NCBI RefSeq assembly: GCF_001194135.2
Contig: NC_069006.1
Span: forward strand, 7,046,066-7,110,065
DNA: 64,000 bases
Direction of reading: 5' to 3'
From: Octopus bimaculoides
Lineage: Eukaryota
The notes beneath the pieces were generated by a model. It was not told the DNA's origin. It saw only the letters and a list, made by a program, of their open reading frames with translations, and made no database searches. This document shows, in pieces, positions 1 through 11,759 of the stretch. Both the position numbers and the translations under genes were made by a program. Position 1 is the first letter of the stretch. Each line of letters starts with the position of its first letter.

Positions 1-283
1 ATATGTATGTGTGTGTATATATATACTTATATATGTATGTGTGTGTATATATATATATATATATATAATCATAAATATATAGGGATTGACAGTAACCTGC
101 TTCTCCAATATACTGAGAATTCAGAAATAGCAGTCAAAGAACTACTGATTTCAAAACTACAAATTATTCCCTGCCCTGCATATCTNNNNNNNNNNNNNNN
201 NNNNNNNNNNNNNNNNNNNNNNNNNNNNNNNNNNNNNNNNNNNNNNNNNNNNNNNNNNNNNNNNNNNNNNNNNNNNNNNNNNN

Positions 284-590
284 ATAGCCTCAAGTCGACC
301 AAAGCCTTGTGAGTGGATTTTGTACATGGAAATTGAAAGAAGACTGTCGTATATATGTGTATATTTGTGAGTGTGTCTGTGTTTGTCCCCCCACCATCGC
401 CGGACAACCGATGTTGCTGTGTTTACGTTTCCATAACCTAGCGGTTTGGCAAAAGGCACTGATAGAATAAATACTAGCCTTACAAAGAGTAAGTCCTGGG
501 GTCGATTTGTTCAACTAAAGGCGGTGCTCCAGCATGGTCGCAGTCAAATGACTGAAACAAGTAAAACAATTAAAAACTATGCCATTTTAA
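284..590 (+). mobile_element. SINE family A copy, 5' part lost in N-gap
   Basis: Same body (aagccttgtgagtggattt) and tail (ctaaaggcggtgctccagcatgg...gactgaaacaagtaaaa) as the full copy at 4976. Confidence 0.85.
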
Positions 591-603
591 CCACGAGCAA
601 TGC

Positions 604-820
604 CGAGTATCTTTGTTAGTACTTTTATTAAAGCTGCAAAATCTCCGTAAAAACTTCAAAAGACCGTTTACTCAGAGTTTTGCACTCTTGTACACTGGAC
701 GGTTGTGATGAATGCTCTCATTCATCACAGCCGTCCAACAAATGGAAATGTGAAACTGAGTCAGTTTTGTGAAGATTTTGCAGTTTTAATAAAAGCATAT
801 TACTCTACCTTAGGTATTCG
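604..820. mobile_element. Foldback (MITE-like) inverted repeat
   Basis: Centre tggacggttgtgatgaat-gctctc-attcatcacagccgtcca; outer arms ttttattaaagctgcaaaatct / agattttgcagttttaataaaa. Confidence 0.75.
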
Positions 821-1008
821 AGTACTATTTTTTTCCGCCTTGTTTTGCATTTACCTGAGTGTATGTGTGTGTGTGTGTGTATGGTTACTATAAAATAAAA
901 AGGAAGTTCAAAGTATGGTCCTCGAGTTCCATTAAGAAAGAAGGTAAAGTAGAGTAAGTCTCCTGGACATTCCTGTCTTTGAGTCCTATGACTGGTACAT
1001 CTGGTTAC

Positions 1009-1077
1009 CTTGGCTTATATGCAGGGCTGTGGAATCGAACCAAAAAACTTCAACTGACTCCTCTACTATTGGCTCCT
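1009..1077 (-). CDS. Candidate internal exon (phase 1 to 1), EEPIVEESVEVFWFDSTALHISQ; product unknown
   Basis: 69 nt, one open frame, donor AAG|gtaacc, weak acceptor; no homology recognised. Confidence 0.25.
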
Positions 1078-2601
1078 CTTTATGTAATTAAATAATTGTG
1101 GTCTACATATCTCATAAGGCAGATGCATACGCTTGTACTTTGTACCGGTTTATATAAAAGAACAAAGATATTGTGAGTCAGAGTTGATATAGTTTTACCG
1201 ACTCTGACTCCACAGCCCTGCTTATAGGTGACTGAGATCACAACATTCCTCCTGCATCAGATACCAATCCAATCTAGAGTCATTCGTTTACAGCTGAGTG
1301 GGCTCAAGAACACAATGTACTGCCTGGTCATGGAATCATGATTACCTAACCACTGGGCCAGGTACCTTCACCATGTACCATTGGCAAAAAATGCCCATTG
1401 TTGTAAGTATCAGGCCAAGTTTGGAGTTATCTTCCACCCTCTCTGACCCAGATGCCCAGTAAAGGGACAGAAGTAATTTTAGAAAGCTATGGTTCTGAGG
1501 AGGAACACGATAGGATGAAGTGTTTACTGTAAGAGGACAGAGAATGAGCTCCAGTAGGGGCAGCTGAGGTGATAGAAGAAACAACATGGCACCTACATAA
1601 AAGGAGTAGAAGATTTGAGTGAACGTGAAGAATGCTTTTGGATATGGTTTATCAAAGGGGTTTGTACTTTTGGCTGCAGCAGCCATCCCAGATATGTGAG
1701 AAGTAATTGAGTTATGGAGTAAGTCAGCAAATGACCAGAGGTTTTTCAGATGTCCCAGGCTGACCAAAGCTTTGTGAGTGAATAGAAACTGGAAGCTGTT
1801 ATGCACGTGCATATGTGTGTGAGGAAGAGAGAGAAAAAGATCATTAGGAAAATATAAATTTAAGAAAAATATTAGGGAAGAAAAAAACTGACAAGAACAC
1901 AGTGACCCTAAAACAAATTCTTAAGGAAGTTGTTCCAGAAGAATAAAATGACCCACCAATTTACACAAATATACTGACACACACATATACAATGTGTGTG
2001 TGGGTGTGGGTGAGAAAAAAGTCTCTTGTACCAGTGTCATAATAATAGAAAGCACCTGCTCTTCACAGTGAAGTGGTTGATAAGGTCTTCTAGGTGAAAA
2101 AACTATGTCAAAACAAGTCGAATGAAAAAATGAATAAATATATATATATATATATATATACATATACATATTAGCAGAGATACTGCTTGGGATTAAAATG
2201 GAATAGTTTGTATATAATATACTACAGTTATGTTGAAACAGGTGATATGGGAAAGTGCAGCATTGACAACAAAACGTTTGTGGAGTAAATGGTGGGCTTA
2301 TTCAACTAAGCAACATGCTGTGTGTCCGTTTGAAGTATTTCAGGCCCTAACCTGTCATGGAAAATTGGGGGTGGGGGTTATGTGATTTTTGAACACACCG
2401 AAAAGCTGTCAGTGCCATGACACTGCATGGACCCCAAATAAGACGTGTAAAATTTGAATAAAATCAGTTGTGTAATTCTCGAGTTTTAGGGATTCACACA
2501 GACACACTCTTTATATATATAGATAATATATAAGGCTATTATTGTTTACAATAATATCAGGTGGCATAGCATGCATAAAAAATACCATATGGTAAAAAAG
2601 T

Positions 2602-2926
2602 ATTAATAATTGAGGGTACTACAGGTAGCACCGGCACGCTAAAAATAGCAGTCAGAAGACAATTACATGCACAAATTTTCACTGATGCACATTAAGTGAA
2701 GTCAGGGAATGAACAAAAATTCTCAGCCCCCATACCAATAATGAAAAGAATCGTAAATTGGCTTTTCAATTTACAATTCTTTTCGTTATTGGTATGGAGA
2801 CTTAGGATTTTTGTTCATTCCCCCAATTTCAATTAATATGTATCAATGAAAATTTGTGGTTGTAGTTGTCTTCTGACTGCTATTTTTAGTGTGCTGGTTC
2901 TACCCGAAGTAGCCTTAATTACTAAT
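2602..2926. mobile_element. Long foldback element, about 160-bp arms around a 6-nt loop
   Basis: Arms pair along their length, e.g. ctaaaaatagcagtcagaagacaa / ttgtcttctgactgctatttttag and cataccaataatgaaaagaa / ttcttttcgttattggtatg; loop gctttt at 2761-2766. Confidence 0.85.
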
Positions 2927-2934
2927 TTATATAT

Positions 2935-3290
2935 ATAGTGGCACTCCATCGGTTACGGTGACAAGGGTCCCGGCTGATACGATCAACGGAACAGCTTGCT
3001 TGTGAAATTAACATGTAAGTAGTTGAGCACTCCACAGACACGTGTACCCTTAACGTAGTTCTCAGGGAGATTCAATATGACACAGTGTGTGACAAGGCTG
3101 ACCCTTTGAAATACAGGTACAACAGAAACAAGAAGAAAGAGTGAGAGAAAGTTGTGGTGAAACAGTACAGCAGGGTTTGCTGGAGCCTCATGGAGCTTTA
3201 GGTGTTTTCACTCAATAAACACTCCCAATGCCCGGTCTGGGAATCGAAAGCGCGATCCCACTGCCCTAACCACTGGGCCATTGCGCCACC
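2935..3290 (-). mobile_element. tRNA-headed SINE family C copy
   Basis: Minus-strand head ggcgcaatggcccagtggttaggg...tttcgattcccag (A/B-box like); body shared with 60727-61420. Confidence 0.8.
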
Positions 3291-3340
3291 ACACACACAT
3301 ATATATAGTAAGAGGTGGTGCACAGATTTTCTATATCATA

Positions 3341-3592
3341 TATTAAGAAAAAGGAGGTAGTCAGAATTTGGATAAAAACTATTTATTTAGCATTTTCTTC
3401 CCTTTGAGGGATTCACTATGTATTCTTTTTTTTTATTTTTTTTTAAGAAAATTCATAACTTTTATCAACCCACTCACATGTATATAAAAAGTATGAATTT
3501 TCTATAAATCATCATCCATGATGAATCCCTGAAAGGGACAAAAGCACAAAATAATAGTTCTTATCCAAATCTTGACCATCTTTTTTTTAATA
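3341..3592. mobile_element. Foldback (MITE-like) inverted repeat
   Basis: gtcagaatttggataaaaactattt...ccctttgaggggattca pairs with tgaatccctgaaaggga...aataatagttcttatccaaatcttgac; inner arms gaaaattcata / tatgaattttc. Confidence 0.75.
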
Positions 3593-3838
3593 CACACACA
3601 TACATATAGATAGACAGACAGACAGATAGATAAATGCATGTGCATGCACACACAAATACAATGGGTTTCTGCAGCCAGCCTTATGCAGTCATATTTAGGT
3701 CCAAATTACATAGAATCAGTGGACTTAGTCAGTGGTGGTGGTCAAAGGTTGTACTCAGGATTATTTGGTAAAGCCTCAAAGAATGGGCAGAAGGAAGGGA
3801 GGGAGAAATTTACCCTCAAACTGGATTAGCTAGTAGAT

Positions 3839-4106
3839 CAGCAATCCTCAACCATGTTTTACCTATGGACCCCCTCTTTGATCCCTATTTTATTCTACAG
3901 GACCCTCATAGTCATTTGATGTTTTTTAAAAAAATCCCATTATGTTTATAGAATTAAATATTATTAGAAATTATATTTAAGAAATTGTGAAAATATTTTG
4001 TGTACTGTAGTGTAGACATATAATCAATGTATTGCTCATAAAATTTAACAAAAAAAGTCTTGTATAGACCCCTAAGGCTTAATTGGATCCTAGGTGAGAA
4101 CCACTG
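3839..4106. mobile_element. hAT-type MITE
   Basis: Termini cagcaatcctcaacc ... ggtgagaaccactg, typical of CAGTGGTTCTCAAC-type hAT ends; related ends at 12520-12705; no clean TSD. Confidence 0.6.
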
Positions 4107-4114
4107 TCACAGAC

Positions 4115-4340
4115 TGACCCTTTAGCATTCAGAATATTCTGTCAAATTTAATGCTTAATTCCTGTTGTTTTGAATTAATCGTGCATTATCTCTCATAGTT
4201 TTGAGATTTCCAAGATGTGATTGTCTATTTTTTAGAATGATATTACAGGGTAGGTGTAAGAGGCCAGATCTGGCTGGTTTGAACATAAAACAAGGAGAAT
4301 ATTTTGACCAGATATGGCTAGTTTAAATGCCAGAGTTAAG
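4115..4340 (+). mobile_element. piggyBac-type MITE family 2, degraded
   Basis: ccctttagcattcaga...tttaaatgccagagttaa; same body as 10441-10651, 14750-15150, 39475-39810, 57130-57610. Confidence 0.75.
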
Positions 4341-4893
4341 GATGCAATTTGTCTTAATTTAGAAATTAAGGTCCTTGGTTAAAATTCAGTTTGTTATTGT
4401 GTAAGACAATTGTGATTAGAAACCAAATGAATTCCAACAAAATTTACACGTAGATATTGAAATATTTCTTATTTCTAAAAATGGATTAATGGTTATGCCA
4501 ACAACCTATACCAAATTGATTCTAGCAGTTTCAAATTATAATCCTAAAGAAGCTGTTCAGCATATTCCACCAGAGAAAAGCTATCAATTTAATCTATATT
4601 ACATCAACTCACCCAAGACTACCAGTGGTTGTATGATAAAAAGTTTCCATTTTAAAATTATCAAAATCAAGTTGATTTGTTTCAAACCCAAATTTAATAA
4701 AGACAAAGTTATTTTGGTAAATTCTTCATTCTTTTCAAAATTAATTGAAACAAAAGCTGTGTATTCCAATAGAAATATAGTGACAAGAGTTGAAATACTT
4801 AATGGCCACCAAGGCTCCTGGCAGTGTCCAAGACAGTAAAATAGGAGAACAGTCTAGTTTCATACATCATTGTCTATTGTCCTTCCTTCCAAG

Positions 4894-4934
4894 GTGAATG
4901 AAATAGAATCAGGTACACAGCCAATTATTGAAAA
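4894..4934 (+). CDS. Candidate plus-strand exon VNEIESGTQPIIE (alternative to the minus-strand model)
   Basis: Acceptor tgtccttccttccaag|, donor aaa|gtaaga, 41 nt open; phase-compatible with 9073-9126; no homology recognised. Confidence 0.2.
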
Positions 4935-4975
4935 GTAAGAAAGAGGACTAAACCAAAATCTACAACCATAGACAT

Positions 4976-5617
4976 AGGAGTGGCTGTGTGGTAAGAAGCT
5001 TGCTTCCCAACCACATGGTTCCAGGTTCAGTTCCACTGCATGGCAACTTGGGCAAGTGTCTTATATAGCCTTGGGCCGACCAAAGCCTTGTGAGTGGATT
5101 TGGTAGACGGAAACTGAAAGAAGCCCGTCGTATATATGTATATATATATATATATGTAAGTGTGTATGTGTTTGTGTGTCTGAGTTTGTTCTCCCAACAT
5201 CACTTGACAACCGATGCTGGTGTGTTTATGTCCCCGTAACTTAGCGGTTCGGCAAAAGAGACCGATAGAATAAGTACTAGGCTTCCAAAGAATAAGTCCT
5301 GGGGTCGATTTGCTCGACTAAAGGCGGTGCTCCAGCATGGCCACAGTCAAAAGACTGAAACAAGTAAAAGAGTATATATATATATATATATACATACATA
5401 TGTATGTATGTGTTTGTCCCCCACCATCGCTTGACAGCTTATGCTGGTGTGTTTACATCCCTGTAACTTAACAGTTCGGCAATAGAGACCGATAGAATAA
5501 GTACTAGGCTTACAAAGACTAGTTTGTAGTCTAGCACCGCCTTTAGTTTGTTCAACTAAAGGCGGTGCTCCAGCATGGCCACAGTCAAATGACTGAAACA
5601 AGTAAAGGAATAAAAGA
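4976..5617 (+). mobile_element. Full-length SINE family A copy followed by a second 3' half
   Basis: tRNA-like head ggagtggctgtgtggtaag...ggttcagttcc, internal (TA)n/(TG)n, tail ending gactgaaacaagtaaaagag at about 5372; tail half repeated at 5400-5617. Confidence 0.9.
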
Positions 5618-5879
5618 ACTATACTGGTACAATTTCATCAGCCCTAAAGAGACAAAAAAAGAAACGGCCTACCCTGGCAAGGTTTGAACCTGGTTCTGAT
5701 ATATATACAACATTAATTAGGTTAATCCAATGACCAGCCTGCTAATTCATCCATCTACACCATTGTCCAAGATAAATAAAATAAAATCAATTACAATCCA
5801 ATCAACAATAAACATTGGCCTAAACAAATCTAGTCTGATCAGTGTGGCTTGACTTGCTAGAAATAACAACCAAATCCCA

Positions 5880-6270
5880 TTTTACTGTCTTTTACTTGTT
5901 TCAGTCTTTAGACTGCGGCCATCCTGGAGCACTACCTTGAACAACTTTTAGTTGAATGAACCAACCGAAGTATTTATTTTTTTAAGCTTCCTACTTATTC
6001 TATCAGTTTATTTTGCTGATTTGCTAAGTCATGGGGAGATACACACACCAACACCAGTTGTCAAGCACTGGTGAGGGACAAACATAGACACACACACACA
6101 CACACACACGTATGATGGGCTTCTTTTAGTTTCTGTCTACCAAATCCATTCATAAGGGTTTGGTTGGCCCTTGGCTATAGTAAAAGGCACTCGTCCAAAG
6201 TGCCACACAGTGGGACTGAACCCACAACCACGAGGTTGGGAAGCAAATTTCTTACCACACAGCCACAGTT
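5880..6270 (-). mobile_element. SINE family A copy, diverged
   Basis: Reverse complement of family A tail (ttttacttgtttcagtc) through head (cttaccacacagccac). Confidence 0.85.
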
Positions 6271-6329
6271 TAAAAAATAAGACGGTCATGGTTGGAATAT
6301 CTTTGACCCCAGTTTTAATTAATCAGGTT

Positions 6330-6665
6330 AGATTGTGTGGTAAGTAGCTTGCTTACCAACCACATGGTTCTGGGTTCAGTCCCACTGCGTGGCACCTTGG
6401 GCAAGTGTCTTCTGCTATAGCCTCGGGCCGACCAAAGCCTTGTGAGTGGATTTGGTAGACAGAAACTGAAATACATATATATATATATATATGTATGTAT
6501 GTGTATAAGTTTGTATGTTTACGCCCCCCCCCCCGTAACTTAGCGGTTCAGCAAAAGGCACTGATAGAATAAGTACTAGGCTTGCAAAGAATAAATCCTG
6601 GGGTCAATTTGCTCGACTAAAGGCGGTGCTCCAGCATGGCTGCAGTCGACTGAAACAAGTAAAAA
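6330..6665 (+). mobile_element. SINE family A copy
   Basis: gtgtggtaagtagcttgc...gggttcagtcccactgcgtggcacc...gactgaaacaagtaaa. Confidence 0.9.
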
Positions 6666-6747
6666 AAATTAAAAGGACTAAGCAACAGCCTGTGTGACCC
6701 AACAAATAACCAGTATGAAGAACAGGTTGAAGAATATCTGTGCTTAC

Positions 6748-6848
6748 CGAACAAGCAACAATGGAATCACAACAAACTCCTTTAACAGTTATTTGGAGTT
6801 TTATATAAATACAGTTGGTGATATTGATTGTAGTTCTTCACATCAAAG
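6748..6848 (-). other. Candidate non-coding or cryptic exon
   Basis: Strong acceptor tcttcatcttcttcactcag| and donor TCG|gtaagc, but stops in all three frames. Confidence 0.2.
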
Positions 6849-6937
6849 CTGAGTGAAGAAGATGAAGATCCAGCCAGGTACTGGGAGAAATCTTTTCTTT
6901 CCAAGTTTCTGGCTTTATTATTATTATTAAGGCAGCA

Positions 6938-7800
6938 AGCGAACAGAATTGTTATGGCACCGGACACAAATGTTCAGTGGTATTTCTTCTAGTTCTTTAC
7001 AGTCAGAGTTCAAATTCCACCAAGGTTGACTTTGCCTTTCATCCTTTCAGGGTCAATAAAATAAGGACCAGTTGAGCCCTAGACTTTCCCCACTTCCTCA
7101 AAATTTCGGGCCTTGTACCTATAGTAGAAAGGACTATTACCTCTGCCTTAGCGAAGACGGGGGTATTGTTTTCAGTCGTGTTTGTTTGTCTGTGGACAAG
7201 ATATCTCAAGAACCGCAGGATGGGTTCGGACGAAACTTTCAGGGATGTTTGGTATGAACTAGTTTGATTTTGGGATTGATCTGATACCATACAAGGATTC
7301 TGGATTATTTTTCCGTAGTTTTTATTACCTTAATTTTTGAGAGTGGTCAGGTTCATTTTTAGTATTCTCATTTGTGAGAGCAGTCGAGTTTATTTCAGAT
7401 ATTATCATTTTAAAAATCATCTCTGGCTAATCGTTGAGAGGACGTTGGTGTTGCCTTGGTGGAGGTTTACAATCTCTGAGTGCTCTAACATTCTGCCATG
7501 GTCGACTTTACCTTTCATCCTTTCAAGGTTGATAAAATAAGTACCAGTTGAAAACTGGGGTCAATGTAATTGACTCATCCCCTCCCCCAAAACTGCTACC
7601 CTTGAAATTATTATTATTATTATCAAGGCAGTGAGCTGGTAGTATCAGGATGTGTGACAAAATGCTTAGAGGCATTTCTTCTGAGAACTCAACTTCCACT
7701 TTCATCCTATCAGCATTGATAAACATGAGAGCACCAGCTGAGTGTTAGGGGTCAGTATTATCAACTTGCCCCTTCCCATCAAAATTTCAGTAAAAAGAAT
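6938..7800 (+). mobile_element. Cluster of three SINE family B copies
   Basis: Head aaggcagc/aaggcagtgagctgg, agagttcaaattcc B-box, core gactttgcctttcatcctttc-ggtc-ataaaataagtaccag; the core resembles the MetaSINE central domain as I recall it (unverified). Confidence 0.8.
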
Positions 7801-9072
7801 TATTATTATTATTAAATGGAGTCTTAACTAAGATGCCAATTCCTTGACCAGTAATTCACAGACAATCTAACCATAATTAAAAGATGGTAGAATTTACCAT
7901 AATAAACCAGAAGAACCAAATTAGCAGGTAGTAGTACTGGGGCATGTGCTGCAACAGCGTGTCGCTGCATCTACCGTTTGTTGGTGATTCCTTAATACTC
8001 CTGGTGGAGGATGCCTCTGCACCAGTTGGGCAACAACTGTCCAGCCCAAAGGTCTGTTTAAGTAGTCATTGCTAAAGTGGGACTTACAAGGTTGGAGTGC
8101 AAATCCTACTTCAACTTCTTTTTAGTTGACTTTTATGACACACACAGGAAACGGGTCTGTTCTTTGGCATGCTGGTCCCCACACAGCACAAGAGCAACGT
8201 GTAATGAAGTGTTTTGCTCAAGAACACAATACACCATCCAGTCTGGGAACTGAACCCACAATTTAATGATCATGAGTGCAACATCCTAACCACTAGGCCA
8301 AAATGACAGGTGAAAATCAATGGATGATATTTCAATTTTTGGAATTAAATTTTGTCTATATTCTTAACTGGTGGATTTAGACAAGAGAGACATATATTCC
8401 AGATGACAGCAAGTTAAAACTTCTTGACTGAAAGTTAAGAAAAAAAAATATTTAAAAATATATATTATAACCAACAACTTCGGAATATTGCAAATAAATA
8501 AATAAATGTATATTTATTTAATAAATTGTGTATGATTTTATTTTAGTCACCATTATTATAATAATGGAGAATGAGAAATGGAAATAATCTAGTTGAAAGC
8601 TTGGGAAATATGGTAAATAGTTTTTGAAATTTTATGGTGGAAGAACCAAAGTTTGAATCCTGTGGCAACTTAGGAAATGAGAAATAGCATTCAGCAGATG
8701 AAAATTGTATTAAATGTTGCAGACTTTTATATTGGACTTTTACTGTGTACAAGGAAAAAAGAACTGAGAGATTGCGTATTTTTAGTAACTTTGATAGAAT
8801 GGAAGAGTAAAGGTAATTTGGTTAAAATTTCATTATCATCAGCAACAGCACTGTTTTAACATCCACTTTTCCATGCCTGCATGGGTCAGATGGAGTTTGT
8901 TATTAAGATCTTTGTAACATAATGCAATAAAGTGTTCCCCTGATCATCTATTGCAGTTAGGCATCCAAATGCACTTGGAACACCCAATACAGAAGCTGCA
9001 AATAACTACTGCAATGGTGAAGTGTGCACAGGAACTAAAAATCTATACTTGTGTTTATCTTTTCTGAAACAG

Positions 9073-9126
9073 ATATTCAAGGAACAATGCCCTTCCTGGT
9101 GCGAACCCTCACCTGTTTCCAAAGAG
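9073..9126 (+). CDS. Candidate plus-strand exon, 54 nt, all three frames open
   Basis: Acceptor tcttttctgaaacag|, donor GAG|gtaata; frame cannot be chosen without homology. Confidence 0.2.
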
Positions 9127-9459
9127 GTAATATTTCCCTGTGGCTTGACTATGTTTTCCCATACAAGACTGGAAACGGAACACATTCCTTCTATGGCTGT
9201 GAGGCTAGTTAATAACTATAATATGATGTCAAAGGTACATAAAGACACACACACACACACACACACACACCATCAGAATTCCACATATCTCACCTCTCCA
9301 AAAGCATTAGAGCAGTAATATATTTAGATGGTTGTTTGTTATGGCCAGTCAGAAAGTGACCACCACTGGCTTCACATCGATAAAGTACTTGATAAGTCAC
9401 CCATACAGCTAAACACTTTGTAGTTGCAAAACCAATGGTCACTCTCTAAGCAGCCATAA

Positions 9460-9570
9460 CATCATCATCATCATCATCATCATCATCGTTTAACGTCCGC
9501 TTTCCATGCTAGCATGGATTGGACGATTTGACTGAGGACTGGTGCAACCGGATGGCTACACCAGGCTCAT
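9460..9570 (-). mobile_element. 3' end of family E element (RTE-like tail with (GAT)n)
   Basis: (cat)n-cgtttaacgtccgctttccatgctagcatgg; related pieces at 16195-16340, 40385-40600, 54110-54270, 62915-63100, 63435-63640. Confidence 0.75.
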
Positions 9571-10440
9571 ATATATAAAATCAGTTTTCATTTACCAAAT
9601 CCATTCATAAGGCTTAAAGGCAAGCCAGGGCTATAGGAAACACTTACACAAGTTGTCACACAGTTGGATTGAACCCAAGGCCACATGATTGGGGAAGCAA
9701 ACAAGCTTCTTAACCACACAGCCACATCTGAACTCAGAAAAAAAGCTACCATAGGCAGCTTTCTAGAATACGCATCCTCAACAAAAATGAAGACTAAGCT
9801 CTACTGCTAAAATATCATTATTTTAAAAACAAAGACAAAAAAAACCACATTAATCTCACATATTTTTCTGATTTCCAAAACAAACATTATATTCTTTCAC
9901 AAATGTTGCTGTGATGTCTAACAGTTTAGTCCTGTTCGCCTATTAATGGTGTAATTTACAATAACCAACAGCAAATGGTAATAGTTAGGAGGTAAACGAG
10001 CTCCAATTATTAACAAATTTATTTTCAGAGTCATTTTCTAAGATAAAATTACTATTATCTAAAGCAAAGACCAACAACAGCATTGATAGCCATTTTAACT
10101 AACGCAGAACATACTGACACTTCGAAGTTGAAACTGGAGTTAATTAACAAAGAAGGAAGGCTGGAACTAGCCTAGTCAGGTCATTACGNNNNNNNNNNCA
10201 TTTCAGTACCCACCAGAGACTTGTATCTTTTTGTCTTTTGCTTCTTTCAGTCATTAGACCGTGGCCATGCTGGGGCACCACCTTGATAAGTTTAGTTGAA
10301 CAAATTGTGCTCAGCATTTATCTTTAAGTTTGGTACTTATTCTATTGGTCTCTTTTGCCAAACTGCTAAGTCACAGGGCAGGAATAGTGAAGAACCTTGT
10401 GCCTTTAACAAACTCGCTTTATAACCACATGGTTTTAGGT

Positions 10441-10651
10441 TTAACCGTTTAGTATTCAGATTACTGTCAAATCTAATGCTTATTTATTTACATTGTCTTG
10501 AATTAATCTTGCATTATCTCATAGCTTTGAAATTTTAATGATGTGATTGTTTAATTTTACTCTAACATTGTAGGATAGGTACGAAATGTTGGATCTGGCC
10601 AGTTTGAACATAAGAGGCAGGATATGGCCATTTTAAATGCTAAAGGGTTAA
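10441..10651 (+). mobile_element. piggyBac-type MITE family 2 inserted in a SINE A head
   Basis: ttaa-ccgtttagtattcag ... aaatgctaaaggg-ttaa; host SINE sequence continues on both sides. Confidence 0.8.
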
Positions 10652-10976
10652 CACAGCACGCCTCCTTAGACAAGTGTTTTCTACTCTAGCCCCTAACTGA
10701 CCAATGCTTCATGAGTGAAGTGATAAATGGAAACTATGTGGAAGCCTCTGCATGTATATGTGTCTTTGTGCTCTGCCACCACTTGACAACTAGTGTTGGT
10801 TTGTTTACATCCGAACAAAAGAGACCAATGAATTAAGTACCAAGTTTTAAAAAGTTAAATACTGGGATTGATTTGTTTGACTAATCCCATCAAAGGAAGT
10901 GCCCCAGCATGGCCACAGCTGAATGACTGAGAAGAAACGATACTGTGCACCAACTGACACCATCAGGACTACTCAC

Positions 10977-11067
10977 TCTTTCCGTCACAATATGCTACAA
11001 GCACCCAGGAACTGTTTGCTGCTGTGCCAAGGTGATCCTTTTTACAAGCTACAGACACAATCAGGTT
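10977..11067 (-). CDS. Candidate internal exon (phase 0 to 1), NLIVSVACKKDHLGTAANSSWVLVAYCDGK; product unknown
   Basis: Acceptor gatttccttggtcctttag|, donor AGA|gtgagt, 91 nt, exactly one open frame, non-repetitive sequence. Confidence 0.4.
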
Positions 11068-11226
11068 CTAAAGGACCAAGGAAATCATAACCCGAACAAC
11101 AGCCTTCGTCTGCATTTAAATGCTCTCTCTCCATTGACCTTTTCAACCAGAACATTCAGTGTTCCAACAGCCCATATTCTGTCAGGTATAAAACATAGCA
11201 GGATCAGTCACACATCAATGAAAATA

Positions 11227-11493
11227 GAGTGAAACCTCAGTTTATGAAGTTAATTTGTTCCTGAAATCTTTGTAAACTGAACCTATTTTTCCCGTAAGAA
11301 ATTCAAGAGAAATCACTGCAAATTTGAGCAGGGTTGTGCACTGAGCAAAGCTAGACACCAACTGACGTTCTTCCTCCCTGATACTCCAGCTTGTACTCAA
11401 CCCTTGTGGCCAGCTGATGCATTCAGTACTTGAGAGTTTGTCACTCAAGATGGTTTATGTTCACAAAGTTTTTGGTAAACTGAGGTTTCATTG
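11227..11493. mobile_element. pogo/Tigger-type MITE
   Basis: TIRs gagtgaaacctcagttta / taaactgaggtttcattg, TA on the left and CA on the right. Confidence 0.65.
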
Positions 11494-11537
11494 CAGTTGG
11501 TCACATGCAGTCATACTCCCTTACATTCACAGTTTAA

Positions 11538-11759
11538 CCCTTTCATTACTGCATTTATTTTGAGATGCTCTGAGTTTCTTTCAATTAATTTTAAATATAA
11601 CAAAGAATTTAGTAAAATAACTTAGTTATCATTAAGCTAGTGTTAGGAACATAAATTGTGACTAAGGTTTGGTGGAAGATTTTAATTCAAAACTTATGAA
11701 AACAAGACATTTGTACTACAGAGCCAGACGCAGTCTCAGTCAGGTTGGTAACGAAAGGG
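11538..11759 (+). mobile_element. piggyBac-type MITE family 1, complete
   Basis: TTAA target duplication on both sides; TIRs ccctttcattac / gtaacgaaaggg; opposite-orientation copy at 39196-39428, fragments near 4700-4800 and 15345-15430. Confidence 0.85.

Noticed and set aside
1342-1812. 156-aa minus-strand ORF
   Set aside because: Both ends lie in SINE fragments, no domain recognised and no clear exon boundaries; may be antisense to a degraded LINE piece
4489-4839. 116-aa plus-strand ORF
   Set aside because: The 3' half is a piggyBac-type MITE family 1 fragment; starts at a non-ATG codon context in the track or is otherwise unsupported by homology
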